Shown in pieces: positions 39,571-49,804 of a stretch of 64,000 nucleotides of DNA. Within the stretch, counting starts at the first letter, position 1, and the number at the start of each line of letters is the position of its first letter. The translations under genes were made by a program, and so were the position numbers. Under the pieces are notes generated by a model, which ran no database searches, was not told where the DNA came from, and saw only the letters and a list, made by a program, of their open reading frames with translations. The stretch lies in the NCBI GenBank assembly GCA_965232515.1, contig CBDDPY010000002.1, positions 2,944,001 through 3,008,000 on the forward strand. Reading direction: 5' to 3'. This stretch comes from Alphaproteobacteria bacterium (GTDB lineage Bacteria; Pseudomonadota; Alphaproteobacteria; GCA-2731375).

Positions 39571-40443
39571 GTGTCGGTTGCAAAGCTAACTCCATGGTGG
39601 GTCAGGTTACCAGCCAAATTGATCCTCTCCCGCATACCGCTCAGCACGGCAGTTTGGCGCAAGCTTTCGCTATTCCGCCATGGAAAGATGGACAATCCGG
39701 AATACGCCCTAAGCAATCTGAAACTGATGTTCGACTATGCGGGTCGCGGCCAGCCAGGCGAGCCGTTTGTCGGACTTGAGCTCGGTCCCGGCGATTCGTT
39801 GTTCTCGGCGCTAACGATGAGGGCGTTCGGCGCCACGCAATCCTATCTGATTGATGTCGGCGCGTTCGCCATAGCGGATATGGGCCCCTACCACCAGATG
39901 CGCGCACAACTCGCCGCCCAGGGTTTCGACATGACGGCGACTAGCACTGCGCAAACACTCGGCGAACTGCTGGCGACCTGCGACGCCCACTATTTGACGG
40001 ACGGCCTGAAATCGCTCGAGGCGATTCCGGATCAGTCGGTTGACCTCATCTGGTCGATCGCTGTGCTGGAACACATCCGGAAGAGCGAATTTCGAGACTA
40101 TCTCAAGCAGATGCACCGCGTTCTCAGCCCCTCAGGCGTGTCGGTGCATTTAATCGATCTCACGGACCATCTTGGCGGCGCCCTGAACAGTCTCCGCTTC
40201 AGCGACACCATCTGGGAAAGCGACCTGTTTGCAACCTCCGGATTCTATACAAACAGATTGAGGGTCTCGGAAATCTTGAAACTGGCCGCTGATGCCGGCT
40301 TCGATGTCCAAGTGCTTCGCGCGGATCGTTGGGACCAACTGCCGACGCCGAAGTCAAAAATGTCGCGACACTTTCAAAATCTCGGACACGATGATCTTGC
40401 CACCTATCGACTGGACGTCGTGCTGTCGCCAGTCAATGTATAG
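39571..40443 (+). CDS. Class I SAM-dependent methyltransferase
   Basis: LELGPGDS, SIAVLEHI, LSPSG, IDLTDHL, YTNRLR. Confidence 0.82.
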   Translation: MSVAKLTPWWVRLPAKLILSRIPLSTAVWRKLSLFRHGKMDNPEYALSNLKLMFDYAGRGQPGEPFVGLELGPGDSLFSALTMRAFGATQSYLIDVGAFAIADMGPYHQMRAQLAAQGFDMTATSTAQTLGELLATCDAHYLTDGLKSLEAIPDQSVDLIWSIAVLEHIRKSEFRDYLKQMHRVLSPSGVSVHLIDLTDHLGGALNSLRFSDTIWESDLFATSGFYTNRLRVSEILKLAADAGFDVQVLRADRWDQLPTPKSKMSRHFQNLGHDDLATYRLDVVLSPVNV

Positions 40444-40444
40444 C

Positions 40445-41626
40445 TCATGCCGACTGGCCGTTGACGGCCAATTTTGCATCTTGCCGGCCGACACGCCTTC
40501 CAGACTGCTTCGATAGAATGCCGAAATATGCCTCGCGGGTCATTAGGAAAACGATCACGACGAAAATCAGAATGATGTAGTCGGTCCGATACCGTATGGC
40601 CGTCCCAGGGTTTGCCACGCCCTGGGGAAAGTTCGGGAACATCACCCAAAACAGCGCAAAGATCCCCATTAGGAAGTTATAGACCGGCAGTCGGGCGGAA
40701 TGCTGGATAAGAAACACAAAAATAACTCCAACGATGAGCGAACTCTCGATAAAGGAAAATGCATGCAGAACACCACTTGTCGCTTCGGACGCCACCGGCC
40801 CGAAGAACGCCTTGAACATGCCTTCCGGCGCCTTTAAGAAGACATCATACTGTTCCGTCAAGAACGGCTCGCGCGAGCTTCGTCCCTTCTCTTCCGCCAA
40901 CCAAATTGTCACAGATAAGGCAAAATCGTCGATAAGATCGCGAAAAATGTAGAGAGGTATCAGAGATACCGAGCATCCAATTATTGCAATGGTCGCTTTC
41001 TGTCGAACTTTTCTCGCGATCAGACTGCCGATTATGATAAATAATACAGCTATCAAAAAATGAGGTTTGAATAAAAACAGAACCAACATCGAGAGCATGT
41101 AGATAAATCTCAATTTTGGCTTACCCATATAAATATTTATTATGTACTTGCAAATAATACAAATCAGTAAAACTATTATAGATTCTTTAGATGCAATCGA
41201 CGACCAAAGCGTGAAAGACGGTGTCATAACCAGGACAGACAGAAACCGGCGATGATGGACCGGCACTGCCGACAATAGAATATACAGACCTAAGAATGCG
41301 ATGGATTGAAATCCAATGTTAATCAGAATTGGATTTCCTGCCGTCAATAGATTGAAAATTCCCCCTACAAGTTTCGTGAACAAAGTTGCCCAGTATTGCA
41401 TCTGGAGGCCGATCGAGCTGAAACTCAGGGCCATCAATCCTTCGAACGCGTCGCCGGCGCTGGAACTCTGATAAGTCACGGTGTCGGGAATTCCCGTAAG
41501 CCGCATCACGACGACTTCACCCAACACGGAAAACACGCTTCGATAGACAAACAATACGAAATAAAACATTCCCCAACTGAAAATCAGGGTTCTTATTCCG
41601 CCAGTTTGCTTTTGAAGCTTGCGCAT
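40445..41626 (-). CDS. Wzy-like polysaccharide polymerase candidate
   Basis: Many TMs, AT-rich codons, KES and NPGTAIRYR motifs, GGAGG RBS, directly downstream of wzz. Confidence 0.6.
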   Translation of the reverse strand: MRKLQKQTGGIRTLIFSWGMFYFVLFVYRSVFSVLGEVVVMRLTGIPDTVTYQSSSAGDAFEGLMALSFSSIGLQMQYWATLFTKLVGGIFNLLTAGNPILINIGFQSIAFLGLYILLSAVPVHHRRFLSVLVMTPSFTLWSSIASKESIIVLLICIICKYIINIYMGKPKLRFIYMLSMLVLFLFKPHFLIAVLFIIIGSLIARKVRQKATIAIIGCSVSLIPLYIFRDLIDDFALSVTIWLAEEKGRSSREPFLTEQYDVFLKAPEGMFKAFFGPVASEATSGVLHAFSFIESSLIVGVIFVFLIQHSARLPVYNFLMGIFALFWVMFPNFPQGVANPGTAIRYRTDYIILIFVVIVFLMTREAYFGILSKQSGRRVGRQDAKLAVNGQSA

Positions 41627-41740
41627 TTAGCCTCCAGATATTGAAAAAGCTTCTGAGAATACTCAGAAGAGCCCATATCTCACCTTCGTCGGGCGCGCCA
41701 CCTAGACACGCCATCGGACCTGTATAAAGACGTCGTCCGA

Positions 41741-42700
41741 CTAGCGACTTTCCTGACGAAACACAACCAAAAGACTGACCACAACTATCGCTAACGCGAA
41801 TCCAAGAATGGTCGGAACTGCCACCAATAGAATTAGATTTGGCGGGACCGACTTTTTCGATACATACGGCTTTTCGACGATCTGCGCCGCGTAAGGCAAG
41901 CTTCCCTCCAACAACATCAGAGTGTACTCAACCCGGCTGAGCAGCGTAATTAGGACACTTCTCTTGTCCACCACTGTCTCACGGCTCAATTGGGCTTCTA
42001 GATAATTCTGGCGTTCCTTGGTTTCGATCCGCTCTTGAGCCCGGACATATTCATCAGCTGAGAAATAGACTGTTTGCAGCATATCGAGCGCCAGTTCCCG
42101 ATCGGCGCTCCTGTAAATGATTTCCTTGAACGGCAGGTCTTCCAACTCGTTGATAGTGATCGTCGATCCGAGATATTCGGCAAGCGTTTCGGTTGATGGC
42201 GGCTCCCAAGTTTCCAGCTTCAACAGTTTCTTGAGCCGTTGCTCGAAATTGAAGCGAGCGCCCGTCGGCCGTACCCACTTTTGTTCGTTATCGTCCCACC
42301 AACCGGAGAAAATGCGCCGAAGGAGTTTGTGCTCGGCTTCAATCTCTTTGGCAAGCGTCACCGACGACAGGGCGATCTGCAGCCGGTCAAAGCTGGTCGG
42401 CTGCTCTTCGCCCAGTCCTTCGCCAACTCCGAGCGCTTTGGCGATGCTAGAGAACTGAGCCGATGACCCGCTGAAATCTGAGGGTGCGGTCGTATTGATA
42501 GGTGAGATAATCAATCGCGCTTCATAGACTGGAACAAAATTGGCGAGATTACGAATTCCCCATGTTAGCCCTATCGCGGTCGCCAGCAATATCCATAGTT
42601 TCTTGCGCCACAAGGCCTGAAACAGAAAATGCAGATCAATAACATCACCTTCATTATACACCTTCGGCTGGGAAATAGCGTCCAACTCACTACACTCCAT
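41741..42700 (-). CDS. wzz: Wzz-type polysaccharide co-polymerase / chain-length determinant
   Basis: IDLHFLFQALWRKKLWI TM1, periplasmic coiled coil, Pro-rich segment then TM2; no kinase domain. Confidence 0.75.
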   Translation of the reverse strand: MECSELDAISQPKVYNEGDVIDLHFLFQALWRKKLWILLATAIGLTWGIRNLANFVPVYEARLIISPINTTAPSDFSGSSAQFSSIAKALGVGEGLGEEQPTSFDRLQIALSSVTLAKEIEAEHKLLRRIFSGWWDDNEQKWVRPTGARFNFEQRLKKLLKLETWEPPSTETLAEYLGSTITINELEDLPFKEIIYRSADRELALDMLQTVYFSADEYVRAQERIETKERQNYLEAQLSRETVVDKRSVLITLLSRVEYTLMLLEGSLPYAAQIVEKPYVSKKSVPPNLILLVAVPTILGFALAIVVVSLLVVFRQESR

Positions 42701-42759
42701 GATCTATTCTTGTTGTTTCCTTCATAACAGACCCTAAGCCGCCCTGCTTCGGAAAATTC

Positions 42760-42775
42760 TGCAGCCGCAATGCCA
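42760..42775 (-). promoter_or_regulatory. Possible sigma-54 promoter (TGGCATTGCGGCTGCA)
   Basis: GG-N10-GC spacing with TGGCA, about 60 bp upstream of wzz. Confidence 0.3.
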
Positions 42776-42962
42776 AAATGTAGTAATTCCTGCCGAACTA
42801 TTTGGGAAACCCCGCACAAAGGACCAACTTCACATGTCGGATGCAACAAAGAATTCTTCGTGATAATTGCCAAGAATTTCCAAGTTCGTTGGTTCCCTAG
42901 GCAAAAGCCAATTGTCACAGTCGACGCAAAACACATCGCCAGCTGACATAAGCGTTAGCGGC

Positions 42963-45900
42963 TCAATCCAACAACCGTGACCAGTCCTGGGCGATGTTGT
43001 CGAGGTTGCCTTCCTCCATCAAGCCGTAGAGGCGGTTCGAGATTGACAGCATCTGGCCGCCGTCGCGGGTGAGCGGGCGGAATGCGAAGGTGCCGCGGCG
43101 GCGGGTCGAGTTGGTCAGCAGCAATTCGAACGGGATCGAGATGAAGAAGCCCTTGTCGAAGCTGCCCTCGCCGAAATCCTCCGCCGACACGTCGGTGAAC
43201 GTCGCCCAGCCTCCAAGCCGCATACCCGACTCGAAAGACCGCGACAGAACGAACTGTGCGCCGCGGTCACCGGCCAGGAATTGGCCCGCATGTACTTCGC
43301 CCGTGAGACCGAACCATGGAAACTTGTAATAGACGTTCAGATGCCCGGTTGTCACCTTGTAATCGAGGAAATCGAAGCGCTGGTCGAAGTCGCGCTGTCG
43401 CACCCGATTGATGTCCACTCCGATTGCCAGCCGTGAGCCGAACGGCCGGTACAGCACCTCGGCGCCGACGCCGGCGAACATCTCCTCCAACAGCCCGGCC
43501 GAGACCCGGGCCGACCAGTCGGGGAACGGTAGGAACAGGTAATCGGCCTGCAGGCGCACGATGTTGCCATCATCGCCCTGCTGCAGATATTTCACGATAT
43601 CGCTGCGCACCCGCGGCAGCACGCTGTCCGATTCCAGCGTCAGCTTGTCGAAATTGTTGGTGATGTTCTTGCCGATGGTGCCGGTGACGCGCAGGCCCCG
43701 GTAGAGCTCGGCCTCGGCCGTCGCCGCCAGCCAGATCTGATAGATGTAGAAGCCGTCCGGTCCGCCGATCTGCTGTCTGAGCGCCGGGCGGACGTTCCAG
43801 CTCAACGTCGGATAACGTTTCGGGTTGCGAATAGCGTCCTTGGGAATCGATCCCTCCGGCCGCAGCGCCGCGACCGGGCCCTCGATCTTGGCGTTGGCCC
43901 AGACCTCCTCGGGGCTGCCGTTGCGCGCCACGGCGGCCTCCAGATCGTGCCGGAACAGGGTGACTCGAGCGATCTCGAGGCCCGCGTTCAAAGTCACGAC
44001 CTCGATCTCCTCGACGCTGTCCGGGACGTGATTGGCCACGGCGCGAGCGGCACGCCCGGTATTGCGCGCGAACTGGCGGAACTTGCCGGGCGTGACGAAG
44101 ATCGTCGCCTTGTACCTGGTCAACTCGAAGGCATCGACGCCAAAGCCCTGCTCGCCCAACTCATCGAAGACCTTCTCGGCGACCGCCCGCTTTTCGTCCT
44201 GGCTCAGATCGGGCACCAGTTCCTCGATGATCGGCGGCCGCACGGCGTCCTGTCCGGCCGTCAGACCGGTCGCCACGGCCTGCCGTCGCAGCGTCACCCG
44301 GGACGCTTCGACGCCCGCCTTCAGGCCAACCAGCACCACCTCATCGAAAGGCTCGGGCGCGGAATCGGCGACCAGCCGGGCCGCGGCCACATAGTCCTCG
44401 CGCGAGCGGGACCGCTCGTCGGACAGGTACACCGTGGCCTGGCTGTCGGAGAACTCGAACGACTCAAGCTCGAAGCCCTGCGCGGCCAGACCATCGAACA
44501 GGGCATCGACCTGCGCGTCCCGTTTCACATCGTCGCGTTCGACAACGACGCGATCGACTTCGACGCCGGCATCGATATGAACGATCTCGAAGCGCTCCAC
44601 CGGTGTCGGCAGCGCTTCCAGCAGCACCTGCGCCGCCCGTCGGTCGCGCGCGCCGCGGGCGGCGGCCACGCCGGCAACAACGACTTTCACCTGCCGGTGT
44701 GAGATATCGAGCGATTCGACCTCGTAGCCCTCGGCTTCCAGGCCATCGAACAGATAGTCGACGATGGCCGACTGCTCGACCTCACGCCGATCTATGGTGA
44801 TCCGGCGCTCCCGGCCGTCTTCATCGGGCTGCACCAGGACCACGCGCTCGATTGCGCCGGGAATGGCGGCGACTACGGATTCGGCCACGTCGGCCACATG
44901 CGCCTGCGGATCATCGGCGACGTCGCGGGCAAGATAAATGCGCGCCTCGCTGTCACTCAGTTCGATGGTTTCCGCATCCAATCCCGCCGCCTCAAGATTG
45001 TCGTATAGATCGTGCGCTGCAATGACATGGACATCGGTGTCTTCGATGTCGCGCGGCACGGCCGGATCCGGCGACGGCGCATCGTTCTCAGGCGTCGGCG
45101 ATGCTGGCGCCGCTTCGACAGGCGCGCCGGGCGCCGGCTTTTCGCGGATCTTCAGCTTCGGCGGCGGATCGTCCAGCTTCGGCAGGCCCAGCGCTTTGAC
45201 GTTGCTGCGCAGCGAGGCGCGAAACATGAACTCGTTGCCACGCTCGTAGGCCGCCGCCATTTCCAGCCACTCGAACGGCCGATAGTTCAAACCGAAATTA
45301 AACCGCGTGCTCTGCTCGAACCTGTTGCCCAGTGGTTCGCTCTGATAGTCATTGCCGTCGTACTCCAGCTTTAAGGTCAAGCCACGGACAGGCGTGTACC
45401 ACTCGACACCGCCGAACAGACCCACGGTCTCGCCCGAAAAGAAATTGTCGAAGATCAGCTCGCCACCCTGCCCCCCTCGACCACCTCGCGTTTCAAACCG
45501 ATCGGAAATAGAGGTAAACGGGTTGCGAATCGTGCCGCCAGCCCCCAACAATCCCCAGCCCATGCCGAAACTAAAATCGAAATCGTACCACCGCTTGCTC
45601 ATGACGACGTACTCGCCGGAGAATTGTCCGGTGCCGAGACCATCCTGCACACCGACGGCGATCTGCGGCACGTATTTGGACTCCGGCCAAAGCATCAGCT
45701 TCAGGTCAGCGCCGCGGTCTTTGAACGACTGATCCCCACTGAACTCCGGGATGTCGGAAAACAACCGGTTGCGGATGTCCGTATAGCGGAACGTGCCCTC
45801 GAGAAATGGCAGAATCTGGAACGTGACGTAGTAACGGCGATAGGGGTCGACGAACGAGGCGCCGACATCCAGCGTGCCGTCCTCGTGAAAACGCGCCGTA

Positions 45901-46079
45901 CGGGTCTGCAACAGCCCGACGCCGCCGAAATCATTCGCCGACGGCTTGTAGTAAGGTTCCCGATCGGCGGTCTGCGCCGATGCGATCGCCGTAAGAGACG
46001 TCGAACCCAGGGCGATAGCGACAACAGAAGCCCACACGTGTCTGCCGCGCATACACATCAGATGGCTAGCCGATCGCAC
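42963..46079 (-). CDS. yjbH: YjbH/GfcD outer-membrane glycan-export protein, enlarged
   Basis: DFGGVGLLQTRTAR, GTGQFSGEY, LPRVRSD, EEMFAGVGAE, QRDF, FGEGSFDKG, PLTRDGG. Confidence 0.92.
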   Translation of the reverse strand: MRSASHLMCMRGRHVWASVVAIALGSTSLTAIASAQTADREPYYKPSANDFGGVGLLQTRTARFHEDGTLDVGASFVDPYRRYYVTFQILPFLEGTFRYTDIRNRLFSDIPEFSGDQSFKDRGADLKLMLWPESKYVPQIAVGVQDGLGTGQFSGEYVVMSKRWYDFDFSFGMGWGLLGAGGTIRNPFTSISDRFETRGGRGGQGGELIFDNFFSGETVGLFGGVEWYTPVRGLTLKLEYDGNDYQSEPLGNRFEQSTRFNFGLNYRPFEWLEMAAAYERGNEFMFRASLRSNVKALGLPKLDDPPPKLKIREKPAPGAPVEAAPASPTPENDAPSPDPAVPRDIEDTDVHVIAAHDLYDNLEAAGLDAETIELSDSEARIYLARDVADDPQAHVADVAESVVAAIPGAIERVVLVQPDEDGRERRITIDRREVEQSAIVDYLFDGLEAEGYEVESLDISHRQVKVVVAGVAAARGARDRRAAQVLLEALPTPVERFEIVHIDAGVEVDRVVVERDDVKRDAQVDALFDGLAAQGFELESFEFSDSQATVYLSDERSRSREDYVAAARLVADSAPEPFDEVVLVGLKAGVEASRVTLRRQAVATGLTAGQDAVRPPIIEELVPDLSQDEKRAVAEKVFDELGEQGFGVDAFELTRYKATIFVTPGKFRQFARNTGRAARAVANHVPDSVEEIEVVTLNAGLEIARVTLFRHDLEAAVARNGSPEEVWANAKIEGPVAALRPEGSIPKDAIRNPKRYPTLSWNVRPALRQQIGGPDGFYIYQIWLAATAEAELYRGLRVTGTIGKNITNNFDKLTLESDSVLPRVRSDIVKYLQQGDDGNIVRLQADYLFLPFPDWSARVSAGLLEEMFAGVGAEVLYRPFGSRLAIGVDINRVRQRDFDQRFDFLDYKVTTGHLNVYYKFPWFGLTGEVHAGQFLAGDRGAQFVLSRSFESGMRLGGWATFTDVSAEDFGEGSFDKGFFISIPFELLLTNSTRRRGTFAFRPLTRDGGQMLSISNRLYGLMEEGNLDNIAQDWSRLLD
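43940..45014 (-). repeat. Four tandem ~84-85-aa domain repeats inside YjbH
   Basis: Starts HDLYDNLEAAGL (45014), DYLFDGLEAEGY (44759), DALFDGLAAQGF (44507), EKVFDELGEQGF (44177); each continues A..V...P..E......G.E..R. Confidence 0.85.
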
Positions 46080-46104
46080 CGCTCCCAGTCGCCCGACCGC
46101 GCGA

Positions 46105-49068
46105 TCAATCGCGCGAGATTACGGCCAGTGATGCCGCCGTCACCGCGAGTTGGCTGACGATCGACGCGCCTTCGCGCACAATGGTCAGCAGATCCAGCGG
46201 CACCGGATCCTTCGGCACGACAATCGTGCTGCCTGGTGGAATCTGCACTGGATTGAAGTTCCACGGACTGAGCGCCAATGGCTCGGCCTCGCCGTTCGGA
46301 TAGACGACGAACACGCGATCCTCGTCCGCCGACGATTGATAGCCGCCCGCTTGACGGATGTATCGATCCGCCGTCGCGCCAGCACGGAACTGCACGGCAC
46401 TGGGGTTCAGCACGTCACCAATGACCGTCACGAAGTTCGGCCGTTTCGGAACAAAGATCCGGTCGCCGGGTTCCAGGACCACATCGAGTTCCGGCTTCAC
46501 TTGCAGCACCGTTGGATCGGCCTCGATGACGACGCGCCCCAGCGCCTCGACTGATTCCAAACGCCCGGACAGCTCCTGAAGGGCTAGAATTGCTGTCGGA
46601 TTCACGCCTCGCTGTACGGCAGCCACCGCCAGCGCCGAATTCAGTTCACGCGCAGCTCGCTGAAAGCCGAGTTCCTGCTCACGCTTCACCCGTTCGCGGG
46701 TGAAGATGGCGCCGTAGGGATAAGCCTGGGCTGTAACGCCACCGGCCCGCGCGATCACTTCTGACAACCGCTCGCCACGCCGGATTTCGTAAAGGCCCGT
46801 ACGGACGAACTCGCCGACCAGCAGCACCGGTCCGGTATCGCGGTCGGTAAAGACCGGGTTGAAGCGGATCACGTCGCCGGGCCCGACGGCGACGTTGTCG
46901 GCGCCGAGGCTCGCCAGATTTACCAGGCCACGCGAAGTGTCGGCGGCACCGCGGATCGAGTCGGGCGTATAGCGCGACACTTCGACCCGTGTCAGGTCGA
47001 CCTCGCGCGCCAGACCGCCGGCAACCGCGATGATCGACGCAACGGGCGCCTCGCCGACCACCGGATAGGCGCCCGGCCGCCGCACTTCGCCGTTGACGGT
47101 GACGACATGTTCCAGCGCCAGCGGCAACAGATCACCGAAGCGGTCGAAGATCTCGGGACACTCGCGCCGCTTCCCCTCGGCCAGTCCATCGGCCGTCTCA
47201 ATCGTCCGAACGGCGCCGGCGAAGCGGCCCGACGACGTCGTCGCCACGATGGCTGCCAGATCCTTTAATCCCTGGCAGACTTCCTCGCGGGCATCGATCA
47301 ACTGCCGTTGTTCGTCGTCAGGTTGGCGGTCAGATTGTTGTTCGCGCGCCGGCGGCTCGCTGGTTGCGTTGGCCCCAGCCAGAAACCGTTGCAGTGTCGA
47401 AAGACCACCGCCCGACGCGGTACCGTCCACGCTCTGCGCGGTCTGATTCTCGGCGGGCCGCCGCTCGTCTTCACCGTCGCCCCGTCGCACATCCCGACGA
47501 ATCTGCTCGGACTCAATGCCCTGTCTGACAATGTCCTGCACGTCTTGGGACGACAGATAGCGGATATCCTCAGCCGACAGCACGATCAGCCGGTCGCCGT
47601 CACGCAGTCTGAAGTCCTGCTTGCCATCTAGGATGTCGAACAGATTGACGGGGAAGAACCGACGCGCGTGGGTCTGTGGATCAGTCGTCTGCAGTACCCC
47701 AAACAGCAGATAAGGATCTGGCCGAAACGTGTTGGGACTCCCCACCAGGCTGCCGAGCGTCTGCGCGCTGGCGAGCGACCGCCGCCCCGGCACCCGGACA
47801 TGGCCATCGATCTCGACGCCGCCGAGCTGAATGTCTTGTTGGCGCGTCACTAGCACGATGTCGCCACCGCGGACAATGCGGTTCGGGTCGGTATGCTCGA
47901 TCAGCCGCTCGCTGCCGGTCTCGTCGAAGGTCAGGTGCATGAATTTGATGCCCTGCGGCCGGAGGCTGCCGCCGGCCAGATCCACGACCTCACCCACTGT
48001 CATGCTGTCGCGGCCGTCGGGCAGCTCGTAGATCGCGGGCCGCTTGACGTCGCCATTGACCGCCACGGTGGCGCCGATCGCCGGCACGATGATGCGGTCG
48101 CCGTCGAACAGGCGCAGGTCGTGCATGGCGACGCCGGAATAGAGCAGGTCATAGGCGTCGAGCCAGAAGATCTTGTCGCCGCGCTGCACGTGAATGCGGC
48201 GCACACTGCCGGTCTTGCGAATGCCGCCGGCGAGCGAAATAGCATCGACGATGCTCGACAATGCCGTCAGCTGCATCAAGCCGGGTTCGCGCACCTCGCC
48301 GACCATGCTGACAGTGACGTTGCGGATCGCGCCAAGGGCGATGAAAACCTCGGTGTTCAGGCGCGAGGTCGCCGTGCGCGCCTCAATCTCGCGGCGCAGG
48401 CTGCCAAAGCTGCGGCCGGCCGCGGCGATCGGCGCCCATTGCGGAATCAGCAGCCGGCCTTCCCGATCGACGCGGCTAATGAAGGTGTTGTTGTCCTGAC
48501 CGTAGAATGTGACGACGAGCTCATCGCCGACGCCAAGCACATAATCCGGCGGAATAGCGCCCGTGCCCAACGCCTCGGGACGGATTGCCTGGAAGAACGT
48601 GTCGTAGCCGTATTGCAGCAGTACTTCTCGGGTGCGGAGGCAATAGTCACGCTCAAGCCGCGAGAAGGCCTCGATCAGGTCGATATTGCGAGCCTCCTCC
48701 GGCGGCAGCTCGCCATTGCAGTAGCGCCGTACCAGCACGCGCTGCTCCGGCGTCAGCTGGCCGGTCCGAAGCCGCAGCTCGCTGACGGCTGCTTCAATCT
48801 CCGTAGGCGGCACCAAGCGGCGCGCGCCGTCTGCTCCTTTTTGCCGCGAACTGTCGAGCCGCGACGGCACCTCGCGCGGCAAAGCCTCCAGAGCGCCGCT
48901 GCCTTGCAGATCCTCCATTTGCCGGAGCAAAGCGCCAACGGTACCGAGCGAAGTCAGGCCGTCCTGCGCCATTATGGTGTCGGTTGTCGCTGCAATCCCC
49001 GCGGCCAACGTCACGGCGCCAACCAGAGCCGGCAGGCTGCTTGCTGAAACGGCGAGCCTATGCCACAT
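46105..49068 (-). CDS. Polysaccharide export protein with multiple SLBB domains (KpsD/WbfF-like)
   Basis: YGYDTF, DYVLGVGDEL, repeated V.G.V..PG.Y...AGG beta-grasp motifs, C-terminal PGSTIVVP plus amphipathic helix. Confidence 0.88.
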   Translation of the reverse strand: MWHRLAVSASSLPALVGAVTLAAGIAATTDTIMAQDGLTSLGTVGALLRQMEDLQGSGALEALPREVPSRLDSSRQKGADGARRLVPPTEIEAAVSELRLRTGQLTPEQRVLVRRYCNGELPPEEARNIDLIEAFSRLERDYCLRTREVLLQYGYDTFFQAIRPEALGTGAIPPDYVLGVGDELVVTFYGQDNNTFISRVDREGRLLIPQWAPIAAAGRSFGSLRREIEARTATSRLNTEVFIALGAIRNVTVSMVGEVREPGLMQLTALSSIVDAISLAGGIRKTGSVRRIHVQRGDKIFWLDAYDLLYSGVAMHDLRLFDGDRIIVPAIGATVAVNGDVKRPAIYELPDGRDSMTVGEVVDLAGGSLRPQGIKFMHLTFDETGSERLIEHTDPNRIVRGGDIVLVTRQQDIQLGGVEIDGHVRVPGRRSLASAQTLGSLVGSPNTFRPDPYLLFGVLQTTDPQTHARRFFPVNLFDILDGKQDFRLRDGDRLIVLSAEDIRYLSSQDVQDIVRQGIESEQIRRDVRRGDGEDERRPAENQTAQSVDGTASGGGLSTLQRFLAGANATSEPPAREQQSDRQPDDEQRQLIDAREEVCQGLKDLAAIVATTSSGRFAGAVRTIETADGLAEGKRRECPEIFDRFGDLLPLALEHVVTVNGEVRRPGAYPVVGEAPVASIIAVAGGLAREVDLTRVEVSRYTPDSIRGAADTSRGLVNLASLGADNVAVGPGDVIRFNPVFTDRDTGPVLLVGEFVRTGLYEIRRGERLSEVIARAGGVTAQAYPYGAIFTRERVKREQELGFQRAARELNSALAVAAVQRGVNPTAILALQELSGRLESVEALGRVVIEADPTVLQVKPELDVVLEPGDRIFVPKRPNFVTVIGDVLNPSAVQFRAGATADRYIRQAGGYQSSADEDRVFVVYPNGEAEPLALSPWNFNPVQIPPGSTIVVPKDPVPLDLLTIVREGASIVSQLAVTAASLAVISRD

Positions 49069-49097
49069 CTAACGTCTCCCAAGGATTGCTGGCAGCC

Positions 49098-49778
49098 ATG
49101 CCGACATTGAAGCCGAAGTCCATGATGCGCAGAACCGTGCTGTTTGGCGGGACTGGTTTGATTGCGTCGGGCTGCATCGAAAGTCCCGTCATCTCAAACT
49201 TCGCGAACGTCATGCGGTCCGCGGCGTTTGGTGGCCCCGAACTTCCCCTCAAGCGCGAGGCGGTGACGAAACTACCATATGCCTCGATGACTGCAAGGGT
49301 CGGCCGCGGACCGCAGGACTTTCTCGTGCTTGGCAAAATCGATGGCCGCGACCAGCATTGGGTAGCGTCCGACAAGTCGATTTTAGTGATCCGCGGCGGC
49401 CGCCTGGTGCGCACAGTTGGCTTCAACGAAAACCTGCTCGGCACAGTCGATGTCGGCGAAGATCCCGTCGACAAGCAGTTGCATGTCGTCGAGAACGGCG
49501 CCCGATACACGCGCCTGGTCGATCTTGACTTCAAGCAGAGCTACGGCGTGCCGATCGATTCGACCTTCGAAGTGCTGGGCGACGCCAAGATCGATATCGT
49601 CGAACTGACGTTCGACACCATCGTCGTGCGCGAGCGCAGTTCAGCGCGTACATTGCAATGGGACTTCGAGAACGTCTACTGGGTCGACCCCGAGGACGGC
49701 TTCGTCTGGCGCAGCCGGCAGCACTTCACGCGGTCGCTGCCACCGGTTTCATACGATGTGCTGAAGCCTGCCGGATAA
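49098..49778 (+). CDS. yjbF: YjbF/GfcB family lipoprotein
   Basis: Lipobox ASGC, LPYASMTAR, GRLVRTVG, FENVYWVD..GFVWRSRQH. Confidence 0.85.
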   Translation: MPTLKPKSMMRRTVLFGGTGLIASGCIESPVISNFANVMRSAAFGGPELPLKREAVTKLPYASMTARVGRGPQDFLVLGKIDGRDQHWVASDKSILVIRGGRLVRTVGFNENLLGTVDVGEDPVDKQLHVVENGARYTRLVDLDFKQSYGVPIDSTFEVLGDAKIDIVELTFDTIVVRERSSARTLQWDFENVYWVDPEDGFVWRSRQHFTRSLPPVSYDVLKPAG

Positions 49779-49804
49779 CACCGGCCTGACTCGCGGCGAG
49801 CGAC

